Positions 12,330 through 26,541 of a stretch of 64,000 bases of DNA are shown in pieces. The position numbers were made by a program, and so were the translations under genes. The DNA comes from the human T2T-CHM13v2.0 reference genome, Homo sapiens. How positions within the stretch are numbered: the first letter of the stretch is position 1; each line of letters begins with the position of its first letter. The stretch is from NCBI RefSeq assembly GCF_009914755.1, contig NC_060935.1. The stretch is one strand, 5' to 3'. The notes under the pieces are model-generated. The model was not told the DNA's origin. It searched no databases and worked only from the letters and a program-made list of their open reading frames with translations.

Positions 12330-14210
12330 CAAATCTCATGGCTTGTGAATTCTAACTTTATAAACTTTTATTGAATCTGTCTTCTTTTTTCTAGTCCCAT
12401 AGCCACAGCCACAGTTTCAGGCCATCATCTGCCCTCCTATAGATTACTGAAGCATCCTATTTATGTCTTGTCATGATTTTACTCATATCCTTTACATATA
12501 TATTCTCCACACTGAGAGCAGAGCGATACCCTTAAATACAAATTAAACCATGTCACTCTGTAGCTTAAAATCTTGCAATGGCTCTCCGTTTCTCTTAAGA
12601 TAAAGTTTAAATTCCTCAATATACCATACCAGGCCATTTGAGAGCTGCTCCATGCTTTCCTCCATAGCCCCATCTTTGTCCCCTACCCCACTCCCCTTTG
12701 CCTTCTGCTCTACTTTCCAGGAAATTATACCAAACTTTTCTCTCACATACAGATGTTACTACATGTTATAACTTATCTGTAGAAGACTCATCTCCCCCAT
12801 TTTATCTGGTTAATTCCTGTTTATTCTTTAATTAATTCAAGATGGATTAAAGACTTACATGTTAGACCTAAACCCATAAAAACCCTAGAAGAAAACCTAG
12901 GCAGTACCATTCAGGACATAGACATGGGCAAGGACTTCATGTCTAAAACACCAAAAGCAATGGCAACAAAAGCCAAAATTGACAAATGGGATCTAATTAA
13001 ACTAAAGAGCTTCTGCACAGCAAAAGAAACTACCATCAGAGTGAACAGGCAACCTACAAAATGGGACAAAATTTTTGCAACCTACTCATCTGACAAAGGG
13101 CTAATATCCAGAATCTACAATGAACTCAAACAAATTTACAAGAAAAAAACAAACAACCCCATCAAAAAGTGGGCGAAGGATATGAACAGACACTTCTCAA
13201 AAGAAGACATTTATGCAGCCAAAAAACACATGAAAAAATGCTCATCATCACTGGCCATCAGAGAAATACAAATAAAAACCACAATGAGATACCATCTCAC
13301 ACCAGTTAGAATGGCAATCATTAAAAAGTCAGGAAACAACAGGTGCTGGAGAGGATGTGGAGAAATAGGAACACTTTTACACTGTTGGTGGGACTGTAAA
13401 CTAGTTCAACCATTGTGGAAGTCGGTGTGGCGATTCCTCAGGGATCTAGAACTAGAAATGCCATTTGACCCAGCCATCCCATTACTGGGTATATACCCAA
13501 AGGATTATAAATCATGCTGCTATAAAGACACATGCACACGTATGTTTATTGTGGCACTATTCACAATAGCAAAGACTTGGAACCAACCCAAATGTCCAAC
13601 AATGATAGACTGGATTAAGAAAATGTGGCCCATATACACCATGGAATACTATGCAGCCATAAAAAATGAAGAGTTCATGTCCTTTGTAGGGACATGGATG
13701 AAACTGGAAACCATCATTCTCAGCAAACTATCGCAAGGACAAAAAACCAAACACCACATGTTCTCACTCATAGGTGGGAATTGAACAATGAGAACACATG
13801 GACACAGGAAGGGGAACATCACACTCCGGGGACTGTTGTGGGGTGGGGGGCGTGGGGAGGGCTAGCATTAGGAGATATACCTAATGCTAAATGACGAGTT
13901 AATGGGTGCAGCACACCAACATGGCACATGTATATACATATGTAACAAACCTGCACATTGTACACATGTACCCTAAAACTTTAAGTACAATAAAAAAAAA
14001 AAGAACCAGCTTAGATATCCCTTCCTCTGGATGGCTTCTCTGGACCTCCCCACTCCCAAACCCACCCCAAGAATACTTCTTACACTCTAGCAGGTATACT
14101 TACACACTCCAGGGCTCCCCTTTTTACCTATCTTGTCATTTATTCCTAGAGCTGACACTATATCTGGCACATAGTAAGAGCTCAACAAACATAGACATAT
14201 TAGAATAAAT
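12330..14210 (+). mobile_element. L2 fragment interrupted by a young L1 (L2 parts ~12330-12829 and ~14003-14210)
   Basis: L2 motifs on both sides; ends tggcacatagtaagagctcaacaaac. Confidence 0.65.
12830..14002 (+). mobile_element. 5'-truncated L1PA3/4-like element; ORF2 C-terminal 286 aa still open (12924-13784)
   Basis: Near-consensus ORF2 C-terminus; 3'UTR gctaaatgacgagttaatg; A-tail. Confidence 0.93.
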
Positions 14211-17200
14211 GTAGTATGTTCATGTTTTTGTACATGTAGTATTTACATGTTTTCATGTAAATGAAAAAAGATGCTTTAGGGCTGGTGTCAGCTGACATGG
14301 CCCTGAAGAATGCACATGAAATTGTTTTTTCTACCTCCAGTATATAACACTGGACATTGATACCTCACGTCTGCCTTATACAGTTTCGTGACCTGAAATT
14401 GAAGGGACAACAATTACATGAATCATGTCAGTACACTAAATTTACTTTATAAGTGTGAACTTAAGTATGGAGATACATGTGATGAAATAATGTGGACATC
14501 TGTCATATTCATCAAAATAGAAATTACGATGAAAGAAATGAGTATCATCTACTTTTTTCTTATCAGATTATTTCCATCTAATTGTCTTGTTTCTGTTTGT
14601 GCCTTGGCAGGAATATTAAATTGCGTGTGAGTAGGATGGCAATTTAAGTGATGTGACATCCTCCTTTTGCTTCTAGCAAAATGATGTAGTAATAAAGATG
14701 ATGCTAAGATACCCTTTACAGACAAGGCAGCCATTTGGCTGACTGTTAATGTGACTGAATAATTAAATTCCTATATCTCATTGATAGTGATCAATGCAGT
14801 AGTAATTTTCTACACGATTGTAAGCTGATTGGAAGCCTGATCCAGAATTATTTTTCTCCACCCTGCCACATTCAATACTTTCATGAATACCTGAGATAAA
14901 TTATAAAGAAAATGCTGTTGACATTCATAAATGTAAACAGAGCTGAAGAGGTAGTATTCAGTATTCAGGTATTTCTCAACAGTCACTCGATAAGTATGCA
15001 TTCAGTGTCTATACAGTATATATATCGAGTGCCTACTAGGTTCCAAGTATCGTAGTGGCTTCTCTGGTAGTTTTACAACATAGTTGTGAACAAGCCATAT
15101 ATCCTTATTTATAAGGCCTTACAATATAACAGCTAAGTAGACACAAATCAAAAAATTACAGAGAATTACTTAATTAAAATTGGGATGCATGCCTGTATTT
15201 GAAGAGGACAGAAGCAAGGAAGTCTAATTTAACTGAGGTTATATCAGAAAGTATACACTGAGTAGTTGAAAGTAATATACTTCCTTTGTAATATAAAGAA
15301 CTGGAGTAATGAGCAGATTATACTATAATGAAATTGAACACAAGTTGATTCTAAACTGAATTCCAAATCATTACCTTCAGAGGAATTGAAGGGAGATGAT
15401 GTGGCTTGGCAACATCCCCCAAAACAATTGTAGAAACATCTTTAGTTTAATGAGGAAAGGATTGGAAGGAGAAATGAGAATTGTCTGCAAATATTTGAAG
15501 AGCTGTCACATGGAAGAAAGACAAAGTATTTTACAATTATCTGGAGGGCAGAACAAAGACTAGTGTGGGGAACCTTAAGAAGGCAGATTTCTGCTCTACG
15601 AAAAGAAGGTTAACAGCTGGAACTGTCTGAATGTAGAATAGGCTACACCGAGGGAGCCATTGACAATTTTGAAGCAGAGGAATGACATGCCATCCAGAAC
15701 CAGAGTCTAATGTTAGAGGAGTATCAGTCATAATTTCCATTGTTGGGAGGATAGGCTGCCTGTGCGCTCAAGATATTGCCAGCTGTCAGAAGCCGCTTTG
15801 TCTTTATGCCCTGGGCTATGGGATTTCCGGATCTTCAACAGGGGGCTTATCTGGCTCTAGGATAAATCTATTGGCTAAAATTTCAGTGATTTACTAGAGT
15901 GGAGAAAAGAGAAACATTTCCTAACTTCAATGGGAAAAGAAGTATCCATTTGTAACATGTCACATAGAAAACCTACTCAGATGTAGCTGAGGATTGAAAT
16001 CTTTCATTATTTTATCTAGTCATTTGCTTACTCTGCAAAATTTGCAGAGTATGGCATTTCATGATTTGAAAGATATAAAGCTGAATTGGTTGTGGCTCTT
16101 GACTGTATGTAGTTTAGGGTCTAATGGAGAAGATGGATGTAAATGTAAAGCTATAGTCAAGAGAAGGAGACATTTATTATAACAAAATTGTTAAGAATAA
16201 TTAGATTATTTAAATATCAAACATTTTGCCAACATGGGAAAGTGTTTGCTATTTTCACTATTTTCAATAATTACCAGTAATTAATTTTCTGAAGGCATGC
16301 CAGTCATAATGCAAATATTAGATAGTATAGAAGTAAACCATATAGAAAAGAAGTTAGATTATTAAATAAATTCACCATGCTAAGAAAATTTTACATTCTG
16401 AGAAGTCTTGTCTTTTACTGAATCAAATCAAAACACTTAGGAATATGCTCACAAAATTTAGCCAGTATCATCTCCAAGTGACATGCTAGCACATTTTTCT
16501 GCATGCACTTATCTGATACTGCGATACTCACCACACTTTCCGTGAGATAAGTATGGCAATATTAGATGAGTGTATGCAGAATCCATCCATTTTTTTTTTG
16601 CCTTTCTCGTGTTCTTCATCATTTGTAACTTTATGTATTCTGTACTTAAAGGTACAATTAATTAGTTGCATGACTGCTTTGACACTTTCTATTTGAAGAT
16701 TGCAGTTGACTTATCTTCCTCCCCCACAGACTCTAAATGTTATAACTCCATATCTTCCATTTTTCTTGTAAGGTTTCAAGACAGGGCCAGTAAAGTGGGC
16801 ACCTCCAAATGTATATGGTTGATTCTGAAAATTGAAGGAGCTGGAGGCTGTAGTAGACATCAAATCAATCATTACACATGTTAATTTTAATGTGATTTCC
16901 AACAAGTATTTACAAGTTATATACTGATCATTTCTTAAAGGGGTAATTTAAAAATTCAAAATGTTTATAGAGAAATAAGAGAGTTTTTATGAATATTCCA
17001 TAGGATTTGGAGAAATACAAGGCTAGCTTTTAATATGAATTCAACTATTTATATGAATTCAGGCAATTTAATTAGGCTATCTGAACTTGTGATTACAGCC
17101 ACCTGTTAGATGGGGATAAAAATAGATTTTATGTGATCAGCATTATATATGTAAATGGTTGAGCACAATGTGTGGCATTAAAAAAGCTCTTAATGAATGT

Positions 17201-17653
17201 AATTGTCATTATAATAATATTTGACTAGACAAAAATAGGGAGGTCAAATAATTTGTTTAATAATCAAAATAATGAAAATGAGACCTGAGTAATATTTCAG
17301 TGTACACACATTTTAAAGATAATATATTCAAATAACATCGTAACTGTAGTAATGTAACAATATTAGGATTTTTAGTGTGTGAAGGTGTATTTTGAGGAGC
17401 ATGGCTGGCACCTGGTATACTCAAATCTACACGATGCTTCAAGTTGTCCCCATGAATGTAAAGCACTGACCAAACCACTGTGGAGGAAATGAGAAATCAT
17501 CTGTCTTTCTTGACCTCAAGAGGCGGAGTACAGTGGTAAAGATACAGCTTACACACAATAATTGTAAGGCAAATAGAAATTACCAGTATTAGTTAAGCAT
17601 ATTAGGTGCTATTCAGGTTCAAAAGAAAGCCACTTTTAAGGGCAGAGAAAGGA

Positions 17654-17655
<2 letters not shown>

Positions 17656-17707
<52 letters not shown>

Positions 17708-17709
17708 AT
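17656..17709. repeat. (GT)n microsatellite
   Basis: Read directly from the sequence. Confidence 0.95.
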
Positions 17710-18908
17710 GCATTATTGGGTAAAGTAAAGATAGTAACTCAGAACTGTATTTCTCATATTCCTTTTTACTGTGAATTGAATACCTGGTTTCATTTTGCTC
17801 CCCATTAATCTCTGAAGTCATCAGTGTAGCCAGGGAAATCTCCATGTGTTTCTGTAAATGAATTTTTAGGGGATAACTATTGTTCCAGAAGCCAGAGGTC
17901 CTTTTTAAAGAGACTCATGAGAGCTGGAACATATTTTTTGTGCCTCAGAATGGGAATGGCAAGAATATTCTTACCTCATCCTGTAATCCCACAGCAGCCA
18001 TGTACTATATTTACCAGTAGTACTGTGTTTTGGCTTGGCACTATGTTGCCCATGGTGATCATAAAAGCAGGCAGAGGAAATGAAGGAAACGCTGCCTGGT
18101 TCAATCACACCCTTTTGCAAATTGTTATTCTATCCTCCCTGAATGCTTTTCATATAGGTGCTTCACTAAAGACATTACTTCTTTTTTTTTTACTGCAGAT
18201 AATAATTAGAGTGTTTGTATGATGTATTTTCATTTCTACACAAGAATATTTGAAGGTAAGGATGCCATGCATTTTTTTGGACAAACTCTTATATGAAGAT
18301 AACTTAAATGCATTTCCTTAGAATTGTCTAATTTTTCAACTGCAGTGTAATTACTCTCTATTTTTTAGGGAAATCTTGTTATTTCAACCCATATGTAGAA
18401 ATAATTTTTGTCTATTTTAATATGCTGGCAATCTAATTTAAAATTTTCTAAAAATAAATTTAGTGTGAAACTGACTCCTTAATTTGGGAGGAAGGTTGCA
18501 CACCCAAGGCATTAATGTCATAAACTTTATTTGTGTAATTCTTTAAGAACTTTAATCCTTGAGTTTTCTTATTTCTAATTATTAATAAGGATTTCTTATT
18601 AATCATTGAGTGTTATTATTAAAAACAGAACAAAGGGATTCATTTGAGAGAATTCATGCACAATGGCTATGTTCAGGTCTGTGAGAATATGTTATCTGAA
18701 TTTATAACCTCCTTGCATTTATTGGCAGCTTTACACTGGCAGACATAAAGAAATTGAATGAAGGTTAAATTAAGTACAGTCAACATAGTAACTATAATAA
18801 ATTCTGAAAGAAAGACCTTGAAACTTCTCTTAGACACAGAGTGACAGAATTTAATCACTGAAAACTATAAAATATTACAATCTTGGAATTGGAATCGCCC
18901 ATAACTTT

Positions 18909-19658
18909 GTGAGATACCATCTCATGCCAGTCAGAATTGCGATTATTAAAAAGTCAAAAAACAATAGATGCTGGCAAGGCTGTGAAGAAATAGGAATGCT
19001 TTTACACTGTTGGTGGGAATGTAAATTAGTTAAACCATTGTGGACGATGGTGTGGCGATTTCTCAAGGATCTAGAACCAGAAATGCCATTTGACCCAGCA
19101 ATCCCATTACTGGGTATATACCCAAAGGAAGATAAATCATTCTACTATAAAGACACATGCACACGTATGTTTATTGCAGCACTATTTTCAATAGCAAAGA
19201 CATGCAACCAACCTAAATGCCTATCAACAATAGACTGGATAAAGAAAATGTGGTACATGTACACCATGGAATACTATGAAGCTATAAAAAAGAATGAGAT
19301 CGTGTCCTTTGCAGGGACGCAGATGAAGCCAGAAGCCATCATCCTCAGCAGACAATCACAGGAACAGAAAACCAAGCACCGCATGTTCTCACTTATAAGT
19401 GGGAGTTGAACAATGAGAACTCATGGACACAGGGAGGGAAACATCACACACTGGGGCCTGTCGAGGGGTGGGGGCCAAGGGGAGGGATAGCATTAGGACA
19501 AATACCTAATGCTTGCAGGGCTTAAATCCTAGATGACGGGTTGATAGGTGCAGCCAGCCACCATGGTACATGTATACATATGTAAGAAACCTGCATGTTC
19601 TGCACATGTATACAGGAACTTACAGTAAAGTAAAAAAAAAAAAAAAAAAGAAAGAAAG
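18909..19658 (+). mobile_element. 5'-truncated L1PA8/10-like element
   Basis: ORF2 C-terminus 18909-19409; 3'UTR ...gcagggcttaaatcctagatgacgggttgatagg; A-tail turning into (GAAA)n. Confidence 0.9.
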
Positions 19659-19923
19659 TTAATTCATATCCGGTGCTAGAGCAATCCCTTGATTTGAGAT
19701 TTTTTTTGTTTTCAATGATAAGAAGTGTTTTTTATCAGGATTGTCAATGATCATTATAATCTGGCCAATTTGTTTGTTTTAATTCCGAAAAATTGTTCAT
19801 GATTTAGTGGATGACTTCTTTCGTCCTGAGCCACTCACCTCTCTCCCTACCACCACTATACTTGTGACAATGTAGAAGTATCCATGGGTACCATAGCGGA
19901 GCCAGATTGTATAAAAGTTATTG

Positions 19924-19925
19924 GT

Positions 19926-19975
<50 letters not shown>
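19924..19975. repeat. (TG)n microsatellite
   Basis: Read directly from the sequence. Confidence 0.95.
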
Positions 19976-19978
<3 letters not shown>

Positions 19979-21223
19979 GGAGTGAGTGTGAGACAGTTCA
20001 ATACCTTGATATTAGTAGGCCTACCTAGAATCTCTTTAGAAGCTCCTCAATATTCCCAGACTTGTCCTAAGGCCACTGTGTTGTTGGCATATGAAAAAAT
20101 GCCATATATTAGACCTGCTAGGAATTTCAGAAGACAGTGTGTTCTTCTAAAAACGAGAGTGCTATTGAAACCTATCCATTCACCTAATAGTGTACTTAGA
20201 AAGGTGTTGTCAAGCCTTACTGAGGATGCTAACATTCAGAATTTCCATGTTATACCCTGATCTGTACTGATTCTAGTGCCATTCTTTTTCACTGCAAAGG
20301 GCCTATAATTTATACAGTCAGTAAAAAGCAAAAAAGTAATGTCAATGAAAATGCATATTTGAATCATAAATTATGGTTTCAGTTTCTGCTAATAGAGACA
20401 AAACAGCTAGTAGGACAGTCTTTTGAATCTAGGCTTGATTTTGCATTTTTTTTGTTTCATCTTTCCTATTGCAAAAAGAGCTTACATGTCCTTATTTATT
20501 GTTCCATTTTCCTTTTTAAAGAATAGGAAATAAAAATTCTGAAACATCTCTGTTGTTTTGTGTAGCACACTGAAAGAAAACCTATCAAGGAGCAGTGACT
20601 TCTTGAAAACCAAGGGAAATACAGCCAGGCACATGTTCTCTTTTCCTCTGTCATTGAACCGGGTATTAAATCTCTGCACAATGTGAATGATTTTGAAAGC
20701 ATTATTTTCTATAATGTCAGTCTGTCAATGTTAAATAGATCATTATTCTATAGTCACAAAATTAGAACAATTGTATTCAGACAGCTTTTAAAAGAAAATT
20801 TTGAGGTGATGGACTCCCTTGAGGTTTTTGACATTAGACTTTGAATTGAATCGATTATTCTTAAATTTCTTATTGTTTTCAGTTTGATATAATGATTATA
20901 CTTTTATGCATTGATTTTTTTAGTCATTAGCAATTGTTTTCTTATTGAATTCCATTTTACATAACAAGAGGCCTTGCTTTAGAAAACCCAAACATAGTCT
21001 CCATAAGAGCATCTAAACTTTATTCTCCTTCTCTACCCTAAGTAAAATAGTATGCATTTTAGGCAGTTTTTTTGTTGTCCCTCAGATTTATTTGAGAGTT
21101 GATATTTCTGATAAATTTTAATAATGGACAAATAATGCTAGCATAGAATTCCTGAAGATTTGTATTTGTTGTGTTAAGAAAAAGATTTAGTTGACACCCA
21201 GGGTAATTATTTTCAAGGCTTAA

Positions 21224-21572
<349 letters not shown>

Positions 21573-21924
21573 TAGTTTTAGTTTTTTCTGAGTAGGGTCT
21601 TAGCCTCAAAATTTTCAGTGAAATTATTGGCTCTGCTGAAACTGAACTCTACTTAAGATATAAAATAACAGCAAATCTAGTGGCCTCCTACATCTGTTTC
21701 TTCTAGGCCTACACCTAATTTTGAATATTGATATCACATACTTTCAAAGCCTGGGTAAACAGAAGGAAATGTTGAAGGAAAATTATTTATCTCTAAGGTG
21801 TGGTCTAAATTGGCTAAACTATCCTCTAATAGTTTTACTGTTTTCAGCTTCAACTTCACAAGTCCCAGTGCATAGGAAACAAATGTAGCAAAGAGGCAAG
21901 ACCAAGAAAAAATATACTAGAGTT

Positions 21925-22057
21925 TATAATCTCTTTAGTTAACATACTATTGGATTCATTCTCTAGAACCATGGCACAAGAGCAAGATTATAAGGATACT
22001 CTTGTTCCCATGATTCTAGAAAATGAATCCAATGATATGTTATCTAAAGAAATTACA
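21925..22057. repeat. Imperfect inverted repeat (58/59-nt arms, 16-nt loop)
   Basis: Arm 21925-21982 versus the reverse complement of 21999-22057: about 50 of 59 positions match by manual alignment. Confidence 0.9.
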
Positions 22058-22305
22058 GCAAAAGCTTAGACAACTAAAGCAAAAATAAGTAAATGGTACT
22101 ACATCTATAACCTCTATAAGTGTGTTTTCAGTAACATTATTCATAATCGCAAAAAGACTGGACACAACCCAAATATCTTTCAGGAGGTGAATGGATAAAC
22201 TGCGAGACATCTACAAAATGGAATTTCTACTTAGTAATAAAAACGAACAAATTCCTGATACTCACAAAAAATATGGATAATTCTCAAATGCCTTTTGTTG
22301 AGTAA
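22058..22305 (+). mobile_element. Old L1M fragments (ORF2 piece and 3' region)
   Basis: caaaagcttagacaactaaagcaaaaat... and ttattcataatcgcaaaaagactgg...ggtgaatggataaactg. Confidence 0.65.
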
Positions 22306-22307
22306 AA

Positions 22308-22512
22308 GTGACACAGGCAAGCTCCAAAATTGGGGCTTGGCCTGGGAGGATTCTTCGCTTTGCACAGGAAATAATTCAAGAGTGAACAAACAGGATAAAG
22401 GGAAAGCAAGGCAAGTTTATTAGAGCAACAGAGTATAGGAAAATGGCTGCTCCATAGACAGAACAGAGGCACATCATAGGAAGAGTGGTACCTGTAGGTT
22501 ACTGGTTAGCTA
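22308..22512 (-). mobile_element. ERV1 (MER4-group) LTR fragment
   Basis: ccaaaattggggcttggcctgggaggattctt...aattcaag...aagtttattagagc (antisense AATAAA). Confidence 0.55.
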
Positions 22513-23589
22513 TTATAAAGAATATTAAAGTATACATATTTTTTAAAATATTATAATCTAATATTATAATCTGCCTGGTGAATGTAAAGTATTATGTTTA
22601 AAATATGATTTTTAAAAATGAAGGCCCAAACAATATGAAATTAAAACTCAAGTTCTGACTTTCTCTAAAATAAATATTACTGAAAAGAGTAGGTGGCTAA
22701 TAATAGGTGGTAAATTAACTATTAGTAAAACAAAAATAATAAAGTTAATAGGGACAACATTATATTCTACCTTTACTACATATTTTTAGTCTTTAAAAAA
22801 TGGCTTTTCAAAATACCAAAGTAACAACTACAATTTTCTCACCCTGAACTGGTTGAAAAAAGTATGGAGAATCAATAGTATGTTCTGTTTTCTTCTAGCA
22901 TTAGTAAAATAAATTTTCCCATTCTTAGGGTTTTGAAATTAGTATTCAATGATAAAATATCAAACTATGTTCAAAAAAGATGTATAAATTTTCAGCCTTT
23001 GGCACAGCATGGAGAAACCCACAAGTAAGAACAGCAGCAGGTGGCAAGAAGTGGGAAGTTCTATGGTTACAAATGTTAATAATAGGCTAAAAATATAAAA
23101 CAGGTTGTGCCCTGATGCAGTACTGCTTAGACTAGTCAGGGTATGTTTGGGTTCACATTCTACACATCAACAAAATTGCTTTTAGTTGAGTTACTGATTT
23201 TACCAATAACAGAGTGTGGCTGGAAGAGACTGGAACGTATTTTTAGTTTTTTAAAATGCCATCATAAACCCGTGAGATATCATGGGGGACTTCAGAACCT
23301 CCCCATTCTGAAACAGGGTGTAATAATGGGTTTGCTTCCTGGGTCCATGTAACTCCACCAAAATCCAAATGCCATTTTGAGATCTTTGCTGTGGAGCAGG
23401 CTATATGGCTCTTCCCCATTCCCCTTAGCAACAGTGTAAACATTAAAAAACTTTGCTGCTTGCCAGAAATACTGTAAGACTTTACATGTTACTTCCTAAT
23501 CTAAACCACATTTGTTCTCATTGGGAATCTCCTTCCATGAAGCAGGCAGGGATGATCAGGAGTCCCATTTTACTGCTACAAACAAACAA

Positions 23590-23630
23590 GCGCGCGCGCG
23601 CACACACACACACTGTCTCTCTCTCTCTCT
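23590..23630. repeat. (CG)5(CA)6 followed by (CT)n compound microsatellite
   Basis: Read directly from the sequence. Confidence 0.9.
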
Positions 23631-23837
23631 GCACGTTGTGTCCTTCAAGCTTATATATAAAATACTTGGGGGTACCTTCACAAAATAGGAGTAAATGAAG
23701 AGGCATAGATTACAGGCACATGTTATAGGATGAAGAACTGTCAATTGCCAGAATTCCTCCAGTGATCTACACTTGGACTAATACAGAAAACTGGTACCAA
23801 GGGGTGGGGCTCTAACCCATGGGGACACAAAATTTTC

Positions 23838-24217
23838 TGTATTAGTCTATTCTCACACTGCTATAAAGAAATACCTAAAATTCGGTAATTTATGAAGAAA
23901 GATGTGTAATTGGCTCATTGTTCTGCAGGCTGTACAGAAAGCATGATGCTGGCATCTACTTGTCTTCTGGGGAAGCCTCAGGAAACTTACAATCATGGCA
24001 GAAGGCAAAGAGGAAGCCAGCACTTCCCATGGCCAGAGCGGGAGGAAGAGAGAGAAAGGGGAGGTGCTACACACTTTTAAGCAACCAGATCTTATGAGAA
24101 CTCTATCATGAGAACAGCACTAGGGAGATGGTGTTAAATCATGAGGAATTGCCCCCATCATCTAATAACCTCTCATCAGGTGGAGATTTGGGTAGGACGC
24201 AGATCCAAACCACACCA
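23838..24217 (-). mobile_element. MST-type MaLR LTR
   Basis: tgtattagtctattctcacactgctataaagaaatacc...atccaaaccacacca. Confidence 0.88.
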
Positions 24218-25246
24218 TGTGTGGAATTATGCTCTCAGATAAGCCACTTTTTCTTATTCTGTTTCTGATTTTCACGTCTATTGGGTCAGAGTTTTATCTG
24301 TTTTGTTCACTGCTATTTCTCTATTGTCTAAAAAGAATGCCTACCATGTATTGCAATAAACAGCACATTTCTGAACAAATTAGTAAAGTAATTAATTAAT
24401 AGGATTTTTTTCAGTCTTTAATTTAGTAATTATTCATTTGGATACTGTCTATGTATGCAGACCCAGTGCAAAGTACTGAAGCTGTGTGTCTGAACAAGAC
24501 AAACATGAATTTTGCCCTCATGGAATGGACTTATAAACTGGAGAGGCCATATGTGGAATACTAAGCTAATAAATGAATGGAAACATAATAAGTTCTATTA
24601 AAGCAAAGTACGTATTGTTAAGAGAACATATAGCAAGGAAAATGAGCTTATTTGGGGTAGGGTATGTGACTTTGAATGGGATGTTTTTATGGTGAGGAAG
24701 GTTTTAACTATGAAACAATATGTGTGATTTAGTTGAAGAGGAAAGAAACAAAACATTCAAAGCAAAAAGGTTAGGATGTAGAAAATTCTGTTTAGTGGTT
24801 GCAAATTAGAGAATAGTGCACAAAGATGAAGGTAAAAATGAGGACACTCGTTGCACCTCCCGGAGTCTTAAAACATAATTTCATTAGTTTATACAGCCCT
24901 TCATGACTTTCTTTCTTTTGGTATTTTGTCTTGTATTAAAATTTTTAGAGAGCTTTCTTCATGCACCTTGATATATTGTAATCGAATTAGATACATTTTG
25001 ATTTTGCTAGTTACTCTTAAGGGCTGAATGTATATTGTTGACCTTTGTGTCCTGCTAGCAAGCAAACTCAAAAGTAAATCAAACTCAATAGTTACCTTCT
25101 CCATGTTTACTTCTAAACATCTTAGAGTACTTACAGTATATGGAAAAAAAATTAAATTTTAGTCTCTGGTGGTAGAAGTGCATATGTTGCTTTCTACTCC
25201 CAAAAGTTATGCTGAAAGTTTCTCTGAAGTTATATACCTGTATATT

Positions 25247-25742
25247 TGTAATAGGTAATCTCCATTTGTGCCTCCAGATTCATCCTGCCCCTCTTACCAG
25301 TTTACCATGTGCCCCAGGAAGCAGATATCTAAGGACTGCAACAATCCAGTGTTCTCATGAACTGTAGCTACTGTTTAGGTTTGACCAGTGGGAGACACCA
25401 GCAGCAGATTTAGATGTAGATAAGAGAGAGGTTGGGCTATTTGTTCCTCTGGCTCTGTCTGTGCCGGTCTATTGTTTGGCAGTGGCTGTAATCCTCAATC
25501 TAAGCACATGGATTCTTCCAGATTTCCTCTCCCTTAGCTATAATTGTCTCTAGGTTCTTATATCTTGTTCCTTCAGGCCTCAGAATGATAAAGGTTTCTG
25601 GCCCTTGTTAGTTGTAGGAAGCTTCATCAACTCTTTATTGGTTTCTTTTCATCCTGGCCACAATCTTGTAAATATTCCCTTCATTAAATTTATTTCAGAT
25701 GCTCTGAATTAACCATCTGTATTCTACCAGGACTCTCTTACA
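25247..25742 (+). mobile_element. ERVL LTR33-like element
   Basis: tccatttgtgcctccagattc...tttgaccagtgggagacaccagcag...ttcattaaa...ccaggactct. Confidence 0.55.
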
Positions 25743-25834
25743 ATGGGCATTATTTTTTTCTTTTTAAAAATGAGAGTAGATATGAAAATAAGTGAAAAAC
25801 AAAGTATTACAAAGGAAGTTTCTGAGTAAACAAA

Positions 25835-26105
25835 GAAGTAGTGTGTTATATTGCAAAGAGCAGAGGCTTTGAAATCAGATGGACCTGGTTTGTTTCAGGT
25901 TCTAACACTTCCTAGATGTGGGACTTGACACAAGTTTCTAAGTCCTTTGTGAGGATTTTCACACATAAAATGGGGATGACAGATCCTAACGGGACTCTTA
26001 AGATAATAATTTTTTTCCCTATGATCAGGAGACAGAGGATGTTATGGAAATTAATATCACCTACAGGATAAACTTGGTAATTTGTAGGCACGAAATACAT
26101 AATTA
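25835..26105 (+). mobile_element. MIR
   Basis: agagcagaggctttgaaatcagatggacctggtttg...ataaaatgggga core. Confidence 0.65.
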
Positions 26106-26541
26106 TTTTTATCACTAGCAATAATGTCCACTAAAATGGCTACATAGCTCAAGTAATCACTCAGAAATACTCTTTTCAAGAGGACAGAGCTATAATGATT
26201 TTGACAAGGAAGACAAATTAGAAAATTCTGTGTCCATTTATGCTTTTTTCTTCAGTGATTATTATATGAATGAATATGCTTTGACTACACCCAATAGTAT
26301 AGAAAAGTGTATTCAGATTTTATAAAATTACATAGCATCCCCAAGACACCACCCACTCTAAGCCCATCAGTTTTAATATAGGTATGAAGACTTACTAAGC
26401 CCCACAGGCAGACAAATATACTTGTTATTTTTAAAATTTTTCTTTTATAGACATGATGTAAAAATCTGTTAGGTAATAATATCAAGGTATCTTGCTATAT
26501 TCTAAAGTTATTCTAACAGTTTACTTGGTAGGCTTTATCAA

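Noticed and set aside
12924-13784. 286-aa intact ORF
   Set aside because: C-terminus of a young 5'-truncated L1 ORF2; openness is explained by age and there is no promoter.
14240-14262. Short 9-bp palindromes and direct repeats (also ~9884, ~22547, ~53459, ~63688)
   Set aside because: Expected by chance or slippage in AT-rich DNA.
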